64,000 nucleotides of DNA from Candidatus Bathyarchaeota archaeon (GTDB taxonomy: Archaea; Thermoproteota; Bathyarchaeia; Bathyarchaeales; Bathycorpusculaceae). Location of the stretch: the NCBI GenBank assembly GCA_963717465.1, contig OY970340.1, positions 2,528,001-2,592,000 on the forward strand, given 5' to 3'. Both the position numbers and the translations under genes were made by a program. Below the pieces are notes generated by a model. That model made no database searches. It was not told the DNA's origin and saw only the letters and a list, made by a program, of their open reading frames with translations. Shown in pieces: positions 1 through 11,120 of this stretch. The number at the start of each line of letters is the position of its first letter. Positions within the stretch are counted from its first letter, which is position 1.

Positions 1-268
1 GCTTTTTGGAAGTGAATGGTGGATGGAGGACCCGCGTGGGCAGGAAATTGCGAGAATAAACGGCAACTTCGTTGAGCACACTTATGACATCTTATCACCT
101 AGGAGAGAAATTATTGCTAAAGTACATCTTAACTGGGTAACAATTCGGGATGAATACTGCATTGAAATATTTAGTCAAGATTTTGACCCTTTGCTTGTTT
201 TAGGCTTCGCAGTTGCCATGGACAACATTGAGCACAAAGAACGCGGAAAAGTGAAAATAACAATCTAA
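1..268 (+). CDS. LURP-one/scramblase-like protein, C-terminal part (5' truncated by the window)
   Basis: GNFVEHTYDI...IAKVHLNWVTIRDEYCIEI...DPLLVLGFAVAMD resembles the LURP-one/Tubby-C-like C-terminus. Confidence 0.65.
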   Translation, partial: LFGSEWWMEDPRGQEIARINGNFVEHTYDILSPRREIIAKVHLNWVTIRDEYCIEIFSQDFDPLLVLGFAVAMDNIEHKERGKVKITI

Positions 269-299
269 AAACTAAGGACTTTAAGAGAAAGCAGCAGGG

Positions 300-860
300 T
301 TAGAGAGGCAGTATGGCTTTCTTGTACATTGCGTTAACTAACTGAGCAGTCGCAGCATACCAGCAGTAGAACCCAAAGATGAGCGAAAGGCAACCGCCAA
401 ATGTTAAAGGCAGACTTGAGGATCCAAAGACGCCAATAATCCCTAACGCAATAGAAAGAATTGAAACGCCTTCAACTCCGAACATGACACTCATTGATTT
501 GGAAACTTTTTGTATTGCGGGAATAAGTAGGAAGAAGATGATTCCAGTGCCCAGTAACCACCATCCGTTCAAAGGCGAAAGTCCATGAATCCACATGGTA
601 ATAATAAATGCCAGAGATGCCGAAAGTCCCACTAAAGCTCCGAAAACCATTCCAATAGTGCCAAATAGCAAATCGCCTCTACGCAAGTCAATTACTCCAA
701 GCATAAGCAGAGGCACAGAAACCCCTAAAATCCATACACCGAGAATCGGAGCTGTATCAGGCCCAACTTGACCAGTCATAAACGCGAATATACCCATCAT
801 TATTGCCCCAACAAGGTATAATGTAGCTACTCCACCTGGAGCCCAGTTTTCTTGAGACAT
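300..860 (-). CDS. Six-TM membrane protein, probably GPR1/FUN34/YaaH (acetate channel-like) family
   Basis: 186 aa with about 6 hydrophobic segments; N-terminal WAPGG and C-terminal CWYAATAQLVNAMYKKAILPL resemble this family. Confidence 0.55.
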   Translation of the reverse strand: MSQENWAPGGVATLYLVGAIMMGIFAFMTGQVGPDTAPILGVWILGVSVPLLMLGVIDLRRGDLLFGTIGMVFGALVGLSASLAFIITMWIHGLSPLNGWWLLGTGIIFFLLIPAIQKVSKSMSVMFGVEGVSILSIALGIIGVFGSSSLPLTFGGCLSLIFGFYCWYAATAQLVNAMYKKAILPL

Positions 861-1101
861 ACCATTCTCTCCGCAATAGAATCATTTTTTAAAAGGAAAT
901 ACAGAAGATAATATTTAAGATTTCCCAACTTCCAGCAAATAAAACATAAAACCTGAAAACAAGCTCAAATATGTCTAAAACGTTCTTGCTGAGACCTAGC
1001 TAGCTATAGATGAAACTCTTTCTTACGAATTCAAAATGCCGTTAGAAAAGGCAAAAGAAAAATTATATAACCGCCCAAATTGAATATACGCGCGGTTAAA
1101 C

Positions 1102-1842
1102 ATGGATGATTTACAGAGGCAACTGATGAATTTAGCCAAGAGTTTAGGAGTCGACTACTTCGGAGTGGCAGACCTGTCCAAAGCAAAAGAATTTGTTTTA
1201 GCTCAAGGCGGCGAAGCCATTGCACGGTTTCCCCGCGCTGTTTCAATCGGCATACGTTTAATTGACGGCGTAATTGACGAATTGCCCCGTCATGAGGACT
1301 TAGCAGTTATTTTCACTTACAGAGGACTTTATAATTCAGTAAATACCAACCTTGACAAAGCAACATTATTGCTAGCCAAGAAGATTCAAGAGGCAGGTTT
1401 TAAGGCTTATCCGATTCCCGCAGCACAAAGGATAGACTCAAAGGAACTAAAAGGTGCTTTTTCACACAAGTTAGCGGCGCATCTTGCAGGGTTAGGCTGG
1501 ATCGGAAAAAGTTGTCTACTCATAACACCCGAAAGCGGACCAAGAGTAAGATGGGCAACAATACTAACTAATGCACCATTAAAAAATACTGGAAGCCAAC
1601 TCTCGGACCAGTGCGGCAACTGCAATGAATGCGTAAAAATCTGCCCTGTCACGGCTTTTACGGGGGTAAAATTCAAAGACTCCGATCCCAGAGAGGCAAG
1701 GTTCAACGCTCACAGATGCGCTGAGTATACTCATAAACGAGAATTAAGCTTGGGCGAAGGAATTTGCGGCTTATGCGTATATGCTTGCCCATACGGTAAA
1801 AAAAGAAATATTGACTCAAAATCACAAACAAATGAGAATTAG
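1102..1842 (+). CDS. Epoxyqueuosine reductase (QueG)-like 4Fe-4S protein
   Basis: SHKLAAHLAGLGWIGKS, GPRVRWATILT, CxxCxxCxxxCP and CGLCVYACPYG motifs. Confidence 0.8.
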   Translation: MDDLQRQLMNLAKSLGVDYFGVADLSKAKEFVLAQGGEAIARFPRAVSIGIRLIDGVIDELPRHEDLAVIFTYRGLYNSVNTNLDKATLLLAKKIQEAGFKAYPIPAAQRIDSKELKGAFSHKLAAHLAGLGWIGKSCLLITPESGPRVRWATILTNAPLKNTGSQLSDQCGNCNECVKICPVTAFTGVKFKDSDPREARFNAHRCAEYTHKRELSLGEGICGLCVYACPYGKKRNIDSKSQTNEN

Positions 1843-2013
1843 CCCACGCCTTATTCACCATCTCGCAAATATGCGAACGATCGACTAAAGGTCTGATGAG
1901 TTTACGATTAAATTGAGTTACTCATCTGATGCTGTAGAAAAAGCATTTTTTTGAGGATCATTTTTTCATGCGAAATAATTTGACTTTTTCCAGCCCCAAT
2001 CCAAGTTCTTAGC

Positions 2014-2652
2014 TTATTCTCTAAATATTTGTTCGAGCAGACGTCTTTCCGCTTTTCTTCTATGGGCAACCAAAGCTGAACTGTGGATATTTAGTTTCTT
2101 TGACAACTCTTCAGACGTTATCTTTCTTGGAAGGTCATAGTAACCAAATTTGTATGCAACAGACAACACTTGTTTTTGTTTTTCGGTTAGTGTACTGAGT
2201 GGCGTGTCAGACGAGAATCTTGCATCCGTTAGAGAAATTATCTTGAACTGTACCTTTAACTTCTTGATAATTGCGAGAAACTGTCTAATTCCTCTCGGGT
2301 TTCCAAAATATGCTACCCTTAACTTGTCTGAAAGAATTTCAAAGGGGACAAGCAGGTATCCTTCTTTTACTTCCGGCAAATCCTTTTGCAGTTTGCTTTT
2401 CACAAAGACTATGTAGTTTCCGCCTTTTTCCTTTTCGAGGATTTGAAACTCTATGTAAGGATTCTTTATTTGATTATTGTCAGTTATAGTAAGTTCTGGT
2501 CTAAATTCTACTCTAAAAATTCCTGCGATTTCATTTTTGCTTTGTCTGAGAAGATAAATCAGTTCTAGTTTCTTTAATTTTGGAAAATGCCATTTCTCTT
2601 TTCTTATCCGGTTTATCTCATCTATTGATAGCTCAATAATCAATCTTCGCAT
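2014..2652 (-). CDS. HTH_10 (bacterio-opsin activator-type) transcriptional regulator
   Basis: C-terminal LTEKQKQVLSVAYKFGYYDLPRKITSEELSKKLNI...HRRKAE; start moved to ATG 2652 (MRRLIIEL). Confidence 0.85.
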   Translation of the reverse strand: MRRLIIELSIDEINRIRKEKWHFPKLKKLELIYLLRQSKNEIAGIFRVEFRPELTITDNNQIKNPYIEFQILEKEKGGNYIVFVKSKLQKDLPEVKEGYLLVPFEILSDKLRVAYFGNPRGIRQFLAIIKKLKVQFKIISLTDARFSSDTPLSTLTEKQKQVLSVAYKFGYYDLPRKITSEELSKKLNIHSSALVAHRRKAERRLLEQIFRE

Positions 2653-2768
2653 AAACATGCTTTTCCATGTCAGAAGATATGTTTTTCGGATGAGGCGCAT
2701 ATATACGCTATAAGGCTTATTCTTAACAAGAAAAATATCATTCTTAAAGTAGCGCCGAGGAAAGAAGC

Positions 2769-3536
2769 TTGATTGATTATTCCAACACATTAAGGCAACC
2801 CGTTATCGAAACATCGAACCTTACCAAAATCTATAAAGAAGGAACTATCAAAGCAGTAGATGGCTTAAATCTGAGAATATGCAAAGGAGAAATCTACGCC
2901 TTAATTGGCTCAAATGGATCAGGCAAGACAACGACCATTAATATGCTTACAGGAAGCCTCTTTCCGACTTCCGGCAAGATTCATATTCTCGGCATAGAGG
3001 TTCCAAAACATCGTCGACTTGTTGCTGCTGAAATCGGCGTTGCACCGCAGGAATATGCCCTATATAGTGATTTGACTGTTGAGCAGAACGTTTGGTTTTT
3101 TGCTAAGCTGTACAGCATGCCGCGCTCTTTCTTCTTAAAGAGGCTGGATGAAATTTTGCCGATTCTAAGATTGGATGAACGAAGAAAGACTGCTGTCTCA
3201 AACTTATCTGGAGGAATGAAGCGCAGAGTAAGTATAGCCTGTGCCCTCATTCACGAACCGAAGATTGTGTTTTTTGATGAAGCAACAGTTGGCATTGACC
3301 CAGTGCTTCGCGCATTCTTTTGGGATTATTTCCGCTCATTAGCACAAGCTGGACTAACAATTGTTTTGACTTCACATGTCATGGATGAAGCTGAAAGAGC
3401 AAATAGAATAGGGCTAATGCGTACTGGTAAACTCATTGAAGAAGGAACACCGCAAGAAATCAAGCAAAGACATTCGGTTTCTTCAATAGAAGAGGTCTTT
3501 CTCAAGCTCAGCGGAGGGACAGCAACGGATGAGTAA
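2769..3536 (+). CDS. ABC-2 type transporter ATP-binding protein
   Basis: Walker A GSNGSGKT, LSGGM signature, Walker B VFFDE. Confidence 0.95.
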   Translation: MIDYSNTLRQPVIETSNLTKIYKEGTIKAVDGLNLRICKGEIYALIGSNGSGKTTTINMLTGSLFPTSGKIHILGIEVPKHRRLVAAEIGVAPQEYALYSDLTVEQNVWFFAKLYSMPRSFFLKRLDEILPILRLDERRKTAVSNLSGGMKRRVSIACALIHEPKIVFFDEATVGIDPVLRAFFWDYFRSLAQAGLTIVLTSHVMDEAERANRIGLMRTGKLIEEGTPQEIKQRHSVSSIEEVFLKLSGGTATDE

Positions 3537-4686
3537 AACCAAGAAATTTTCAGTAAGCAGGGTTTTCGCTGTAACTTGGCGGGTTTTGTTACAAGTCTTT
3601 CGCGATAGACGCACATTAGCTTTGATCATTCTTATTCCTGCGATAATCATGATAATATTTGGATTAGTTTTCGGTGGTCAAGTAAAAAATGTGCCTATAT
3701 TAGTTGATAATCAAGATGCAGGCTACCCTATTCATGTTGTAGGACAAAACTCTACGAGCGTTGATTTTGGAAAACAAGTTTTATCCCAACTGCAAACAGA
3801 CGATAGAGTTACGGTTACCGAGGGGAGCTTCGATTCAGGAAAAACAGGTGTAAACGACGGAACATACTATGCTGCAATAGAATTTCCCGCAAACTTTTCC
3901 CAAGTAATAGCCCTCAAAAATTCTGGACAGAACGTTACCGTGCCGATTACAGTGTACATCGATGGAACTAACCCGACAATTCAAGCAGACATCCTTGCTG
4001 CACTTCAAAGTTCTCTTCAAAACACATTTGGCAGCGGAGGCTTCACAATCAATCAGCAATTTGCCTTCGGTGGATTCGCATTCTCAAACTTGGATGTAAG
4101 CATTCCCTCTGTAATCTCTCTTGTGCTAACTCAAACAGTACTTCTAATTTCTCTCATAATTATAGTCAGAGAAACAACTTCAGGAACTCTATCAAGACTT
4201 TACACCATGCCGCTTTCAGGACTTGAAAGACTACTTGGATATGCAATTGCTCTGCTGATCTTAGCGTTGGCGATGACAGGTGTAGTTCTTTTTATAGGCT
4301 TAGTAATTTTTGGAGCAATCGTTCAAGGAAGCTTCATTCTTCTGTTTATGGGGGCAGTCCTCTATGCACTGCTTAACATATTCTTAGCTGTCTTCCTGTC
4401 GAACTTTGCCAAGAACGAGCTTCAAGCGGTTCAAATGGTTCCACTAATCACCCTAACAAGCATGGCTTTAAGCGGGCTGCTGATTCCAGTTGAAAGTTTC
4501 CCAGGATGGGTCCAAGTACTCGCCAAGTTTGTTCCAATGTATTATGCAAACAAGCTGTTTGAGGGCATTATGCTGAAAGGCTATGGAATAAACAACCTTA
4601 TCCCACAATTCACAGTAATCGGCGGAATAACTCTTCTGTTCTTTATTCTATCAATTTTGACTGTGAAAGACAAAATGACCGATTAA
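3529..4686 (+). CDS. ABC-2 type transporter permease
   Basis: N-terminal TM, extracellular loop, multi-TM C-terminus; overlaps the ATPase gene. Confidence 0.9.
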   Translation: MSKTKKFSVSRVFAVTWRVLLQVFRDRRTLALIILIPAIIMIIFGLVFGGQVKNVPILVDNQDAGYPIHVVGQNSTSVDFGKQVLSQLQTDDRVTVTEGSFDSGKTGVNDGTYYAAIEFPANFSQVIALKNSGQNVTVPITVYIDGTNPTIQADILAALQSSLQNTFGSGGFTINQQFAFGGFAFSNLDVSIPSVISLVLTQTVLLISLIIIVRETTSGTLSRLYTMPLSGLERLLGYAIALLILALAMTGVVLFIGLVIFGAIVQGSFILLFMGAVLYALLNIFLAVFLSNFAKNELQAVQMVPLITLTSMALSGLLIPVESFPGWVQVLAKFVPMYYANKLFEGIMLKGYGINNLIPQFTVIGGITLLFFILSILTVKDKMTD

Positions 4687-4836
4687 AAAATTATGAAAAG
4701 CGGGATCAATGTTAAGAATAAACCAATTTTCTTCTACACGCCAATACGCAGTATAACGCTATCCTAAAAACCTCATAGAAATAATAGAAAGGTCTGAAAT
4801 TACTTTCTTTTCAAAAGCGAGTTTGTTTCATCTCGG

Positions 4837-5628
4837 CTAGTGCCTGAACAGAGATTCTGGGACCCGCCGATTTGAAATAGTCCAATAGTGCAAAAACAGG
4901 GCTTGTGTCCACTTACACGATAGCTCATCAGTAGCGCAAAAACCGTGATAGTCTAATTTTCCATCAGAACTCAAGAAGCCAAGTGCAGCCACTTCCTTTT
5001 CTGAAAGGCAAATTAACACATTTATTTTTTCCAAGAATTTACTTGCAAATCTTCCTGCTTTCATAGCTGCAGCGTAAATTGGATCATCCATTCGTTCTAG
5101 GGCATCTTTGGGAGGAGTAACATTGTTCGGCAGGATTATTTTAAATTCGACTCCGCGTTTCAACGCCTCTTTGAGGTATGGCAGCGTGCTGACAAGTACT
5201 TGGTCGGATAGAATCCATATGAATTCTTTAGCCTTCTGAATCATGCTTTCAACATTAGAAAACGCAACCATTACGTCATCAACTAATTGGCTATGGCTTA
5301 ACGATGCAATACTGTACGAAAACTCCTTGGGCAAAACAGAGAGAGAATGTGTTACAAAATATTCGCGATTTTTAGAAAGAAAACTGAATCCTGCCAGCAA
5401 ATCCAACGTTTCTTCGCCATAAGTAGTCAAGCGTAGGTTGCCATCAACCCCCTTTGTTATCAGTTTTGCTTCTATAAGCCTTGAAATATTTCGCGAGGTT
5501 TCTTGGACTGTAAAATCAAGCTTCTTGGAAAGATTTGAAAGCCTTTGAGGTTTGTTCTTTAGCTCAAACAGTATGGTAAGCCTGTCTTCCCCGGCAAGCT
5601 CAAACAGAAGGTTCTGTAACTCGGTCAA
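4837..5628 (-). CDS. Winged-HTH transcriptional regulator (ArsR-like N-terminus, DUF1724/FilR1-type)
   Basis: LLFELAGEDRLTILFEL...ETSRNISRL; C-terminal SEKEVAAL...DGKLDY...W; paralog at 59690. Confidence 0.8.
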   Translation of the reverse strand: MTELQNLLFELAGEDRLTILFELKNKPQRLSNLSKKLDFTVQETSRNISRLIEAKLITKGVDGNLRLTTYGEETLDLLAGFSFLSKNREYFVTHSLSVLPKEFSYSIASLSHSQLVDDVMVAFSNVESMIQKAKEFIWILSDQVLVSTLPYLKEALKRGVEFKIILPNNVTPPKDALERMDDPIYAAAMKAGRFASKFLEKINVLICLSEKEVAALGFLSSDGKLDYHGFCATDELSCKWTQALFLHYWTISNRRVPESLFRH

Positions 5629-5806
5629 AATTAAAGCACCGACGTGTTGGATTACGGCATTTCTAATATTTATGACATTTCATAAACAGTTTTAATTTTT
5701 CATAATTACTGTTGAGGATAGTTTATGGCTTATCACAAACATCTACTAAGTGAGGCATTGAAATGGTAAAAGGAATCTCAAAGTCATCAAGCAGGAGGAT
5801 TGGCTG

Positions 5807-6379
5807 ATGAAAGTGCTGGTCTTAAACGGATCAAAGAATGAAAAAAGCGTTGTAAACACAGTTTCTGATTATCTAGTTGATTTTCTGAGAATAAAAAATG
5901 ATGAAGTTGAAGTTATGGTTCTTCGCGGAATGAAAATCGCAAGATGTTTAGGCTGCTTTGGATGCTGGGTAAAAACGCCAGGAAAATGCGTAATCAATGA
6001 TGCTGCAAGTGACTTGCCAAGAAAGATTGTTCAAAGTGACATTTTGTTTTTGTTGACGCCCGTTACCTTCGGCATGTACTCGTCAGAACTTAAAAAAGCC
6101 ATGGACAGATATGCATGCCCACTACTGCTACCCTTTTTCGAAAAAATAAACGGCCAAATTCACCACTCAATTCGATATGAAAAGAACCCGACCATGGTTG
6201 CCATAGGTGTCTTGCCAAGCTTAGATGAAGAAAGCGAAAATACATTCGCAACCTTAGTCAACAGAAACGCTATAAATCTACATACAACAGCTATTTCAAG
6301 CATAGTCTATGACACTGACAAGCCCGATGCAATCAAGCAAAAAGTGTTCTCAACTTTGTCAAAGGCAGGTGTACAATGA
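5807..6379 (+). CDS. Flavodoxin family / iron-sulfur flavoprotein-like protein
   Basis: MKVLVLNGS, CLGCFGCW..TPGKC, TPVTFG. Confidence 0.85.
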   Translation: MKVLVLNGSKNEKSVVNTVSDYLVDFLRIKNDEVEVMVLRGMKIARCLGCFGCWVKTPGKCVINDAASDLPRKIVQSDILFLLTPVTFGMYSSELKKAMDRYACPLLLPFFEKINGQIHHSIRYEKNPTMVAIGVLPSLDEESENTFATLVNRNAINLHTTAISSIVYDTDKPDAIKQKVFSTLSKAGVQ

Positions 6380-7068
6380 TGCAAAAACCAGCTCACGCAA
6401 TTCTATTGGTTGGCAGTCCAAAAGGACCAAACAGTGCATCAAATTCCCTCGGAACTTTCCTGCTCGACAAACTTCACTTGAAAGGATTGACAATCGAAAA
6501 AGCATACATTTGTCAAAATCTTGCGTCTGAAGAGAAAAAACAAAGTCTGCTTCAACTCGTTGACGAATCTGACTTGATTATTCTTGCATTTCCATTGTAC
6601 GTGGACTCTCTGCATTCACAAGTAATTGCGGCACTAGAGTTAATTGCTGAACACGAAAAAGTCAACCGCCAAAAGAGCAAGAAGCTCTTTGTTGCAATTG
6701 CAAACAGCGGCTTTCCCGAGGCAACTCAAAACAATACAGCTCTGACAGTGTGCAGATTATTCGCAAAGCAAGCAGGTTTTGACTGGGCTGGTGGGCTTGC
6801 TATGGGTGGAGGTGGCATGATACAAGGTCTGCCTCTCACTGAACTTGGTGGAAGAGTTCACAACCAAATGAAAGCTTTAGAAATTGCTGCTCAAGTCCTC
6901 GCTGAAGGAGAATCTATCCCTGATAAAGCAGTTGCGTTAATGTCAAAGCTTACTATTCCAAAATGGATGTACATATGGATAGGCAACCGCGGCTGGAAGC
7001 AGGACGCCAAGAAAAATGGTGCTTTAAAGAAAATGTATGATCAACCTTACAAGAGCGCAAATTCATGA
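6376..7068 (+). CDS. NAD(P)H-dependent FMN reductase/flavodoxin family protein
   Basis: LLVGSPK, AFPLYVDSL, NSGFPE; overlaps the preceding gene. Confidence 0.8.
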   Translation: MMQKPAHAILLVGSPKGPNSASNSLGTFLLDKLHLKGLTIEKAYICQNLASEEKKQSLLQLVDESDLIILAFPLYVDSLHSQVIAALELIAEHEKVNRQKSKKLFVAIANSGFPEATQNNTALTVCRLFAKQAGFDWAGGLAMGGGGMIQGLPLTELGGRVHNQMKALEIAAQVLAEGESIPDKAVALMSKLTIPKWMYIWIGNRGWKQDAKKNGALKKMYDQPYKSANS

Positions 7069-7240
7069 GTTACTCAGTAGAGGATAAATCGGTCTTGCTA
7101 AACAGGCTTTCGAAAGTTTCGTAGCTTTTCAGCGCTTACCTAATAAAGTAGCACTGAGCTTCCTCTTTTGCCAGTTAATGATACACGTGCTGAACTATTT
7201 CTTCTAAAAAAATAAAAAAGGGATACTTTGAGGTCCCATT

Positions 7241-7477
7241 TCATCGGCGGTGGTGTTTTAAGAACGTGAGTGTGCAGAGGGAGCCTACAATTCCAATAGC
7301 TAGCAGCCAGTATTGAACTGTTAAGTATGGACCGAGATACGTGTTGATAATCAGCAATGCGGATGCTCCAATAAAAATAATAAATATCATCAAAGCAATG
7401 TTCACTATGCTTCTGGTGATACCGCCACTTTTTTGTTCGCGTATCTCATTGTTTTGGTTAGACATCACGTTTTCCAT
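7241..7477 (-). CDS. Small two-TM membrane protein
   Basis: Two hydrophobic helices and a basic C-terminus. Confidence 0.55.
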   Translation of the reverse strand: MENVMSNQNNEIREQKSGGITRSIVNIALMIFIIFIGASALLIINTYLGPYLTVQYWLLAIGIVGSLCTLTFLKHHRR

Positions 7478-7862
7478 ACCCCTTTAGCATGTACGTCAGT
7501 ATCAATTTGAAGCCTTTGGCCTCGGTTTCATCATCTGTTGAACTTATATATAAAATCATCGCAAACATATATATATGGCAAATATAATTCTCTCATTTTT
7601 TGATTAAAAATACTTAAAGCAACTAATTTTTAATTGAATTGCAATCTAATTTTAATCAATTAACAAAAATAAAATTGTTAAATTTTCACATTCTGATTCG
7701 ACTCAAGAATTTATATCAAACAAAATTATCTAAAAACGTATCAGCATTTTTTGATAATTTGCCAAAAGAGCAACTTGGATGTGCCATTCATTGCAATAAT
7801 CAAACCATTGGTTCAGCGTGCGTTTCAAAAGATAAATAAGTGTTCAGTTCTCTTATTAGCGA

Positions 7863-8342
7863 TTGATGGTTATGGCTATTCCTGAAGACCTAATGAAAAT
7901 TCTTGGTCCAAGAGAGACTGTTGAAGTTTATATAACGCAAAAGTTTTACTCCGTTAAGATTGACATTGACTCGGTAGTTATTACTAACGAGAGGATAATC
8001 CTGCGACATCCCCACGCGCTCGGTCTAAAAAAAGACTACACTGATTACAACTACACCGACATTGAAAACGTGATTCTTGACAAGGGTATAATGCGTTCAA
8101 CAATCAGATGCACATTCAAACGCGGAGGAGAACCCCTAATACTAAATGACATCCCAAAAGCAGAGGCAGACAAAGCATACGGAATAATAAGAGAAAACAT
8201 AAGCAACATCAGAATGCCCCCTTCAGTCGAAGGAACAATGCCACAGGGAACAATGCAGCAAGCGATATACTGCAGGTTCTGCGGAGCAAAAAACAAACCA
8301 GAAGACACCAAATGCGCTAATTGCGGAGCACTCTTAAAATAA
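7863..8342 (+). CDS. Bacterial-type PH domain protein with C-terminal zinc ribbon
   Basis: VVITNERIIL PH-like motif; CRFCG...CANCG. Confidence 0.75.
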   Translation: MMVMAIPEDLMKILGPRETVEVYITQKFYSVKIDIDSVVITNERIILRHPHALGLKKDYTDYNYTDIENVILDKGIMRSTIRCTFKRGGEPLILNDIPKAEADKAYGIIRENISNIRMPPSVEGTMPQGTMQQAIYCRFCGAKNKPEDTKCANCGALLK

Positions 8343-8834
8343 AAGCGTACAACCAGTTCACCCTGCTAAAATTGAAGGAGACAAACTTTTTAGAAAACCA
8401 GATAAAGTTATGCAACAGAGCGCTGGATTTATATTAGCACACACTCGCACCCCAAAAATTCCTTGCGTTAAATTATTTCGTTAATATCATCATCTTGCCC
8501 AACTAATTTTCGTTCGACAATTTATCCAAAAACTCCTAATCCACTATTTGTGAATTACAACTTATGCATGGGTCGGGATTGGAATTTAAAAATTATTTCA
8601 CGGTAATTTGCGTAGTTGCTCCTTAATCGTCATAACGTGGTTTTTGTCCAAATCTTTTCTCTATAGCCTTATTTAATATCGAAAGCTATTTAGAAATAAA
8701 AAGGTAAAAGCCTTTGAAAAAAATGGAAATCATAAACCAAGGAACGAGTCTATTTAACACACATGTGCGCCCACGTAATGTTAATACAATGAATGTAATT
8801 TTACGGGGATGTTTTTGCTAGGAAGGTCGGCGTG

Positions 8835-10736
8835 ATGAGTAGCATTGAAAATCCGCCGGTTCTGCAAAAGTACTGGATTGCTATCCTGCTCTTAGTTTTA
8901 GTAGTGGTCTCGTTTCTCTCTACTTACATTGCTCTTTTTGCTGCTTTTGTCTTCACTTTTCTATTCCAGGCCTGATTGGCTACCGCTTCTTCAAGTTGAA
9001 ACCTCATGAATTTTGGGCTTTTGTACCGCTTTTCAGCGTCATGGTCTCTGTCGAGTTCATTTATTACCTATCCTTAGTCGTTGGTTATTCGCGTGAAACA
9101 ATTCTCTTCAGTTTTCTTGTTTTGACGGCTTTTTATGCATTAGTGGTTCACAAGAAGGGTGAGCCGATACAGCCGCCTAAGTTTCTCAACATAAAACAAA
9201 TTAAGAAGACAAGCATCTTGTTGTTTGCTGTAATTTTTGCTGTTGCACTTTTTGTTTTGTTTTTGAGTGTTTGGAGAAGCGATTCCTACGGGATTGTTTT
9301 GACGGGCTCAAACTGGCAGGACACGCCACTCCATTATGAGATTATCGAAAGTATAAACAACGGTAACTTTCCCCCTCAGATGCCTAATTTTGCTGGGGTT
9401 CCGATGACTTACTACTATTTTGTTGATTTTCACACCGCCATTATCGAGAAAGTTTTCGGTTATTTGCCTCAGCTTTTACCCTTCTTGAACGCTTGCTTCA
9501 TAGTGGTCTTTGGCCTTGCAATCTACGCTTTAGCGAGACCAAACGGCAGGCGCGGCAGCAATCATCGCTACAGTCATAGCCACCTTCGGCTGGGGCTTTA
9601 GCTACTTCGGGCTTTTCTCGGCACTTTTGACGGGACAATTCAATATGAATCAGAATTACAGTTGGCAGTACAACGGCACTTTTGGTTTGCCTCCGATATT
9701 TGACAACTTGCTTCAGCAGAGACCACTGCTCACGGGGTTGCCTGCGTTTGCTTTCGTTTTGGCCCTGTTCAGGGAGATGACTGACAAAAACAGGCTTCTT
9801 TTAGCGGGCATAATGACAGGTTTACTGTTTGAGTTCCATAACGTTGGTTTCTTGTGTTGCTACATCGCTTTCTTCGTAGCAGTCTTGCTTAATCTCAGGC
9901 GGTTCAAACTGACTAACAGTCTTTACTTTTTGTTGCCCACCGCTTTGGCCCTGCCTTTCATTCTACACTCTGGACCGCCAGTAGCCTTTTCTTTGAGCAC
10001 AGCATTTATCACCAGTTTTGCCAAGGACCCACCTGTTTTTTACCTTCTGAACCTCGGCGTTCCATTCATTTTAGCCCTTGTTTCATTCGTGAAATCCGGA
10101 AATGCTGTTTTGAAGGGCACGATGCTTTTCCTGTTAATAATACCTCTTTTCGTGTTGTTTACGCCTAACCCATGGGACATGTACAAGTTCTTCATCTTCG
10201 CCTGGATTCCAATCGCCGTTCTAGCGGGTGCCCTATTAGCTAGGACGCGGAAAATTGTGATTATAGCCGTTGTTCTGCTCTGTGTCCTTGCATCTGCAAG
10301 CGTCATCATTTACAACGTTGGAACAAGTTACACAGCGGCAAGCTGGAATGAGTATCAACTAGGGCTCTGGGTGAGAAACAACACACCACCAGACGCTGTC
10401 TTTTTAACTTACTATTCTATTCAGTGCCCACCAGCGTTCATCGGCGGCAGGCTGACTGTTTCCTCCTACATCAACTGGCCCTATGGCTGGGGCGTACCTC
10501 TCAGTCAAATTTTCCAGCGGCAAAATGACATTGACGCCGCGTACACCGGTTCACCAGCGGTCCTTGAGCAAATCATAATAAAATATAACGTCTCCTACGT
10601 GTATGTGGGCAACGATGAATTGAGCCATTATCCAGGATGCACCGCTAGGTTTGACGCGATTAACTGGTTAAAAATCGTTTACACAAACCAGAATCTAATA
10701 ATTTATCAGGTTGAATCAAACCAGACTGGATCTTAG
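8835..10736 (+). pseudogene. GT-C-like multi-TM membrane protein (DUF2298-like), split by two frameshifts or sequencing indels
   Basis: ATG 8835 (MSSIENPP), frame changes near 8960 and 9550; D-x-x-x-H...NFPP...Y-x-Y-Y-F motif; C-terminal WVRNNTPPDAVFL...YVYVG..E. Confidence 0.7.
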
Positions 10737-10770
10737 CGCGGCGTGCTTCTATGCAGTAAATCGAAATGCC

Positions 10771-11100
10771 CTAGTCTGGCTTGAGGACTGCGGTAATAGT
10801 GTGATCTTCTTTTATTTCACTGAAGGTATAATTTGCGATGGCTACGACTGATTTGCCATCTACTTGGACGACAGCTATGTTGCAATGCGGGTTAGACGTA
10901 ATAATGAATGTCGGACCTCCTCCGCGTTTAACCATGACAGCTCCCTTCGGACTTATCGCGCGGTTTTCATTTGCTGAGGCAACTATTATTTTTTTACCGC
11001 GTTTAAGCCACATGAACAGGATAACAAGAACTGCCATCACGATGATAGCAACAATATCGATAATAAGTAAAAAAAAAAGATTAAAATTTATTTGATCAGT
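10771..11100 (-). CDS. Small protein with one TM helix and a divergent InlB-B-like repeat; start uncertain
   Basis: IASANENRAISPKGAVMV..GG.PTFIIT...VQVDG..V....YTFSEIKEDHTITA matches this surface-repeat pattern. Confidence 0.5.
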   Translation of the reverse strand, partial: TDQINFNLFFLLIIDIVAIIVMAVLVILFMWLKRGKKIIVASANENRAISPKGAVMVKRGGGPTFIITSNPHCNIAVVQVDGKSVVAIANYTFSEIKEDHTITAVLKPD

Positions 11101-11120
11101 CTTAACAAACTGTATCCCTT

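Noticed and set aside
1893..1931. C/D-box sRNA (TGATGA...CTGA)
   Set aside because: Only about 37 nt with no clear internal D'/C' boxes or recognisable guide
1914..7076. Palindrome TGAGTTACTCA at 1914-1924 and 7066-7076
   Set aside because: Two short copies at gene 3' ends with no shared context; compatible with chance
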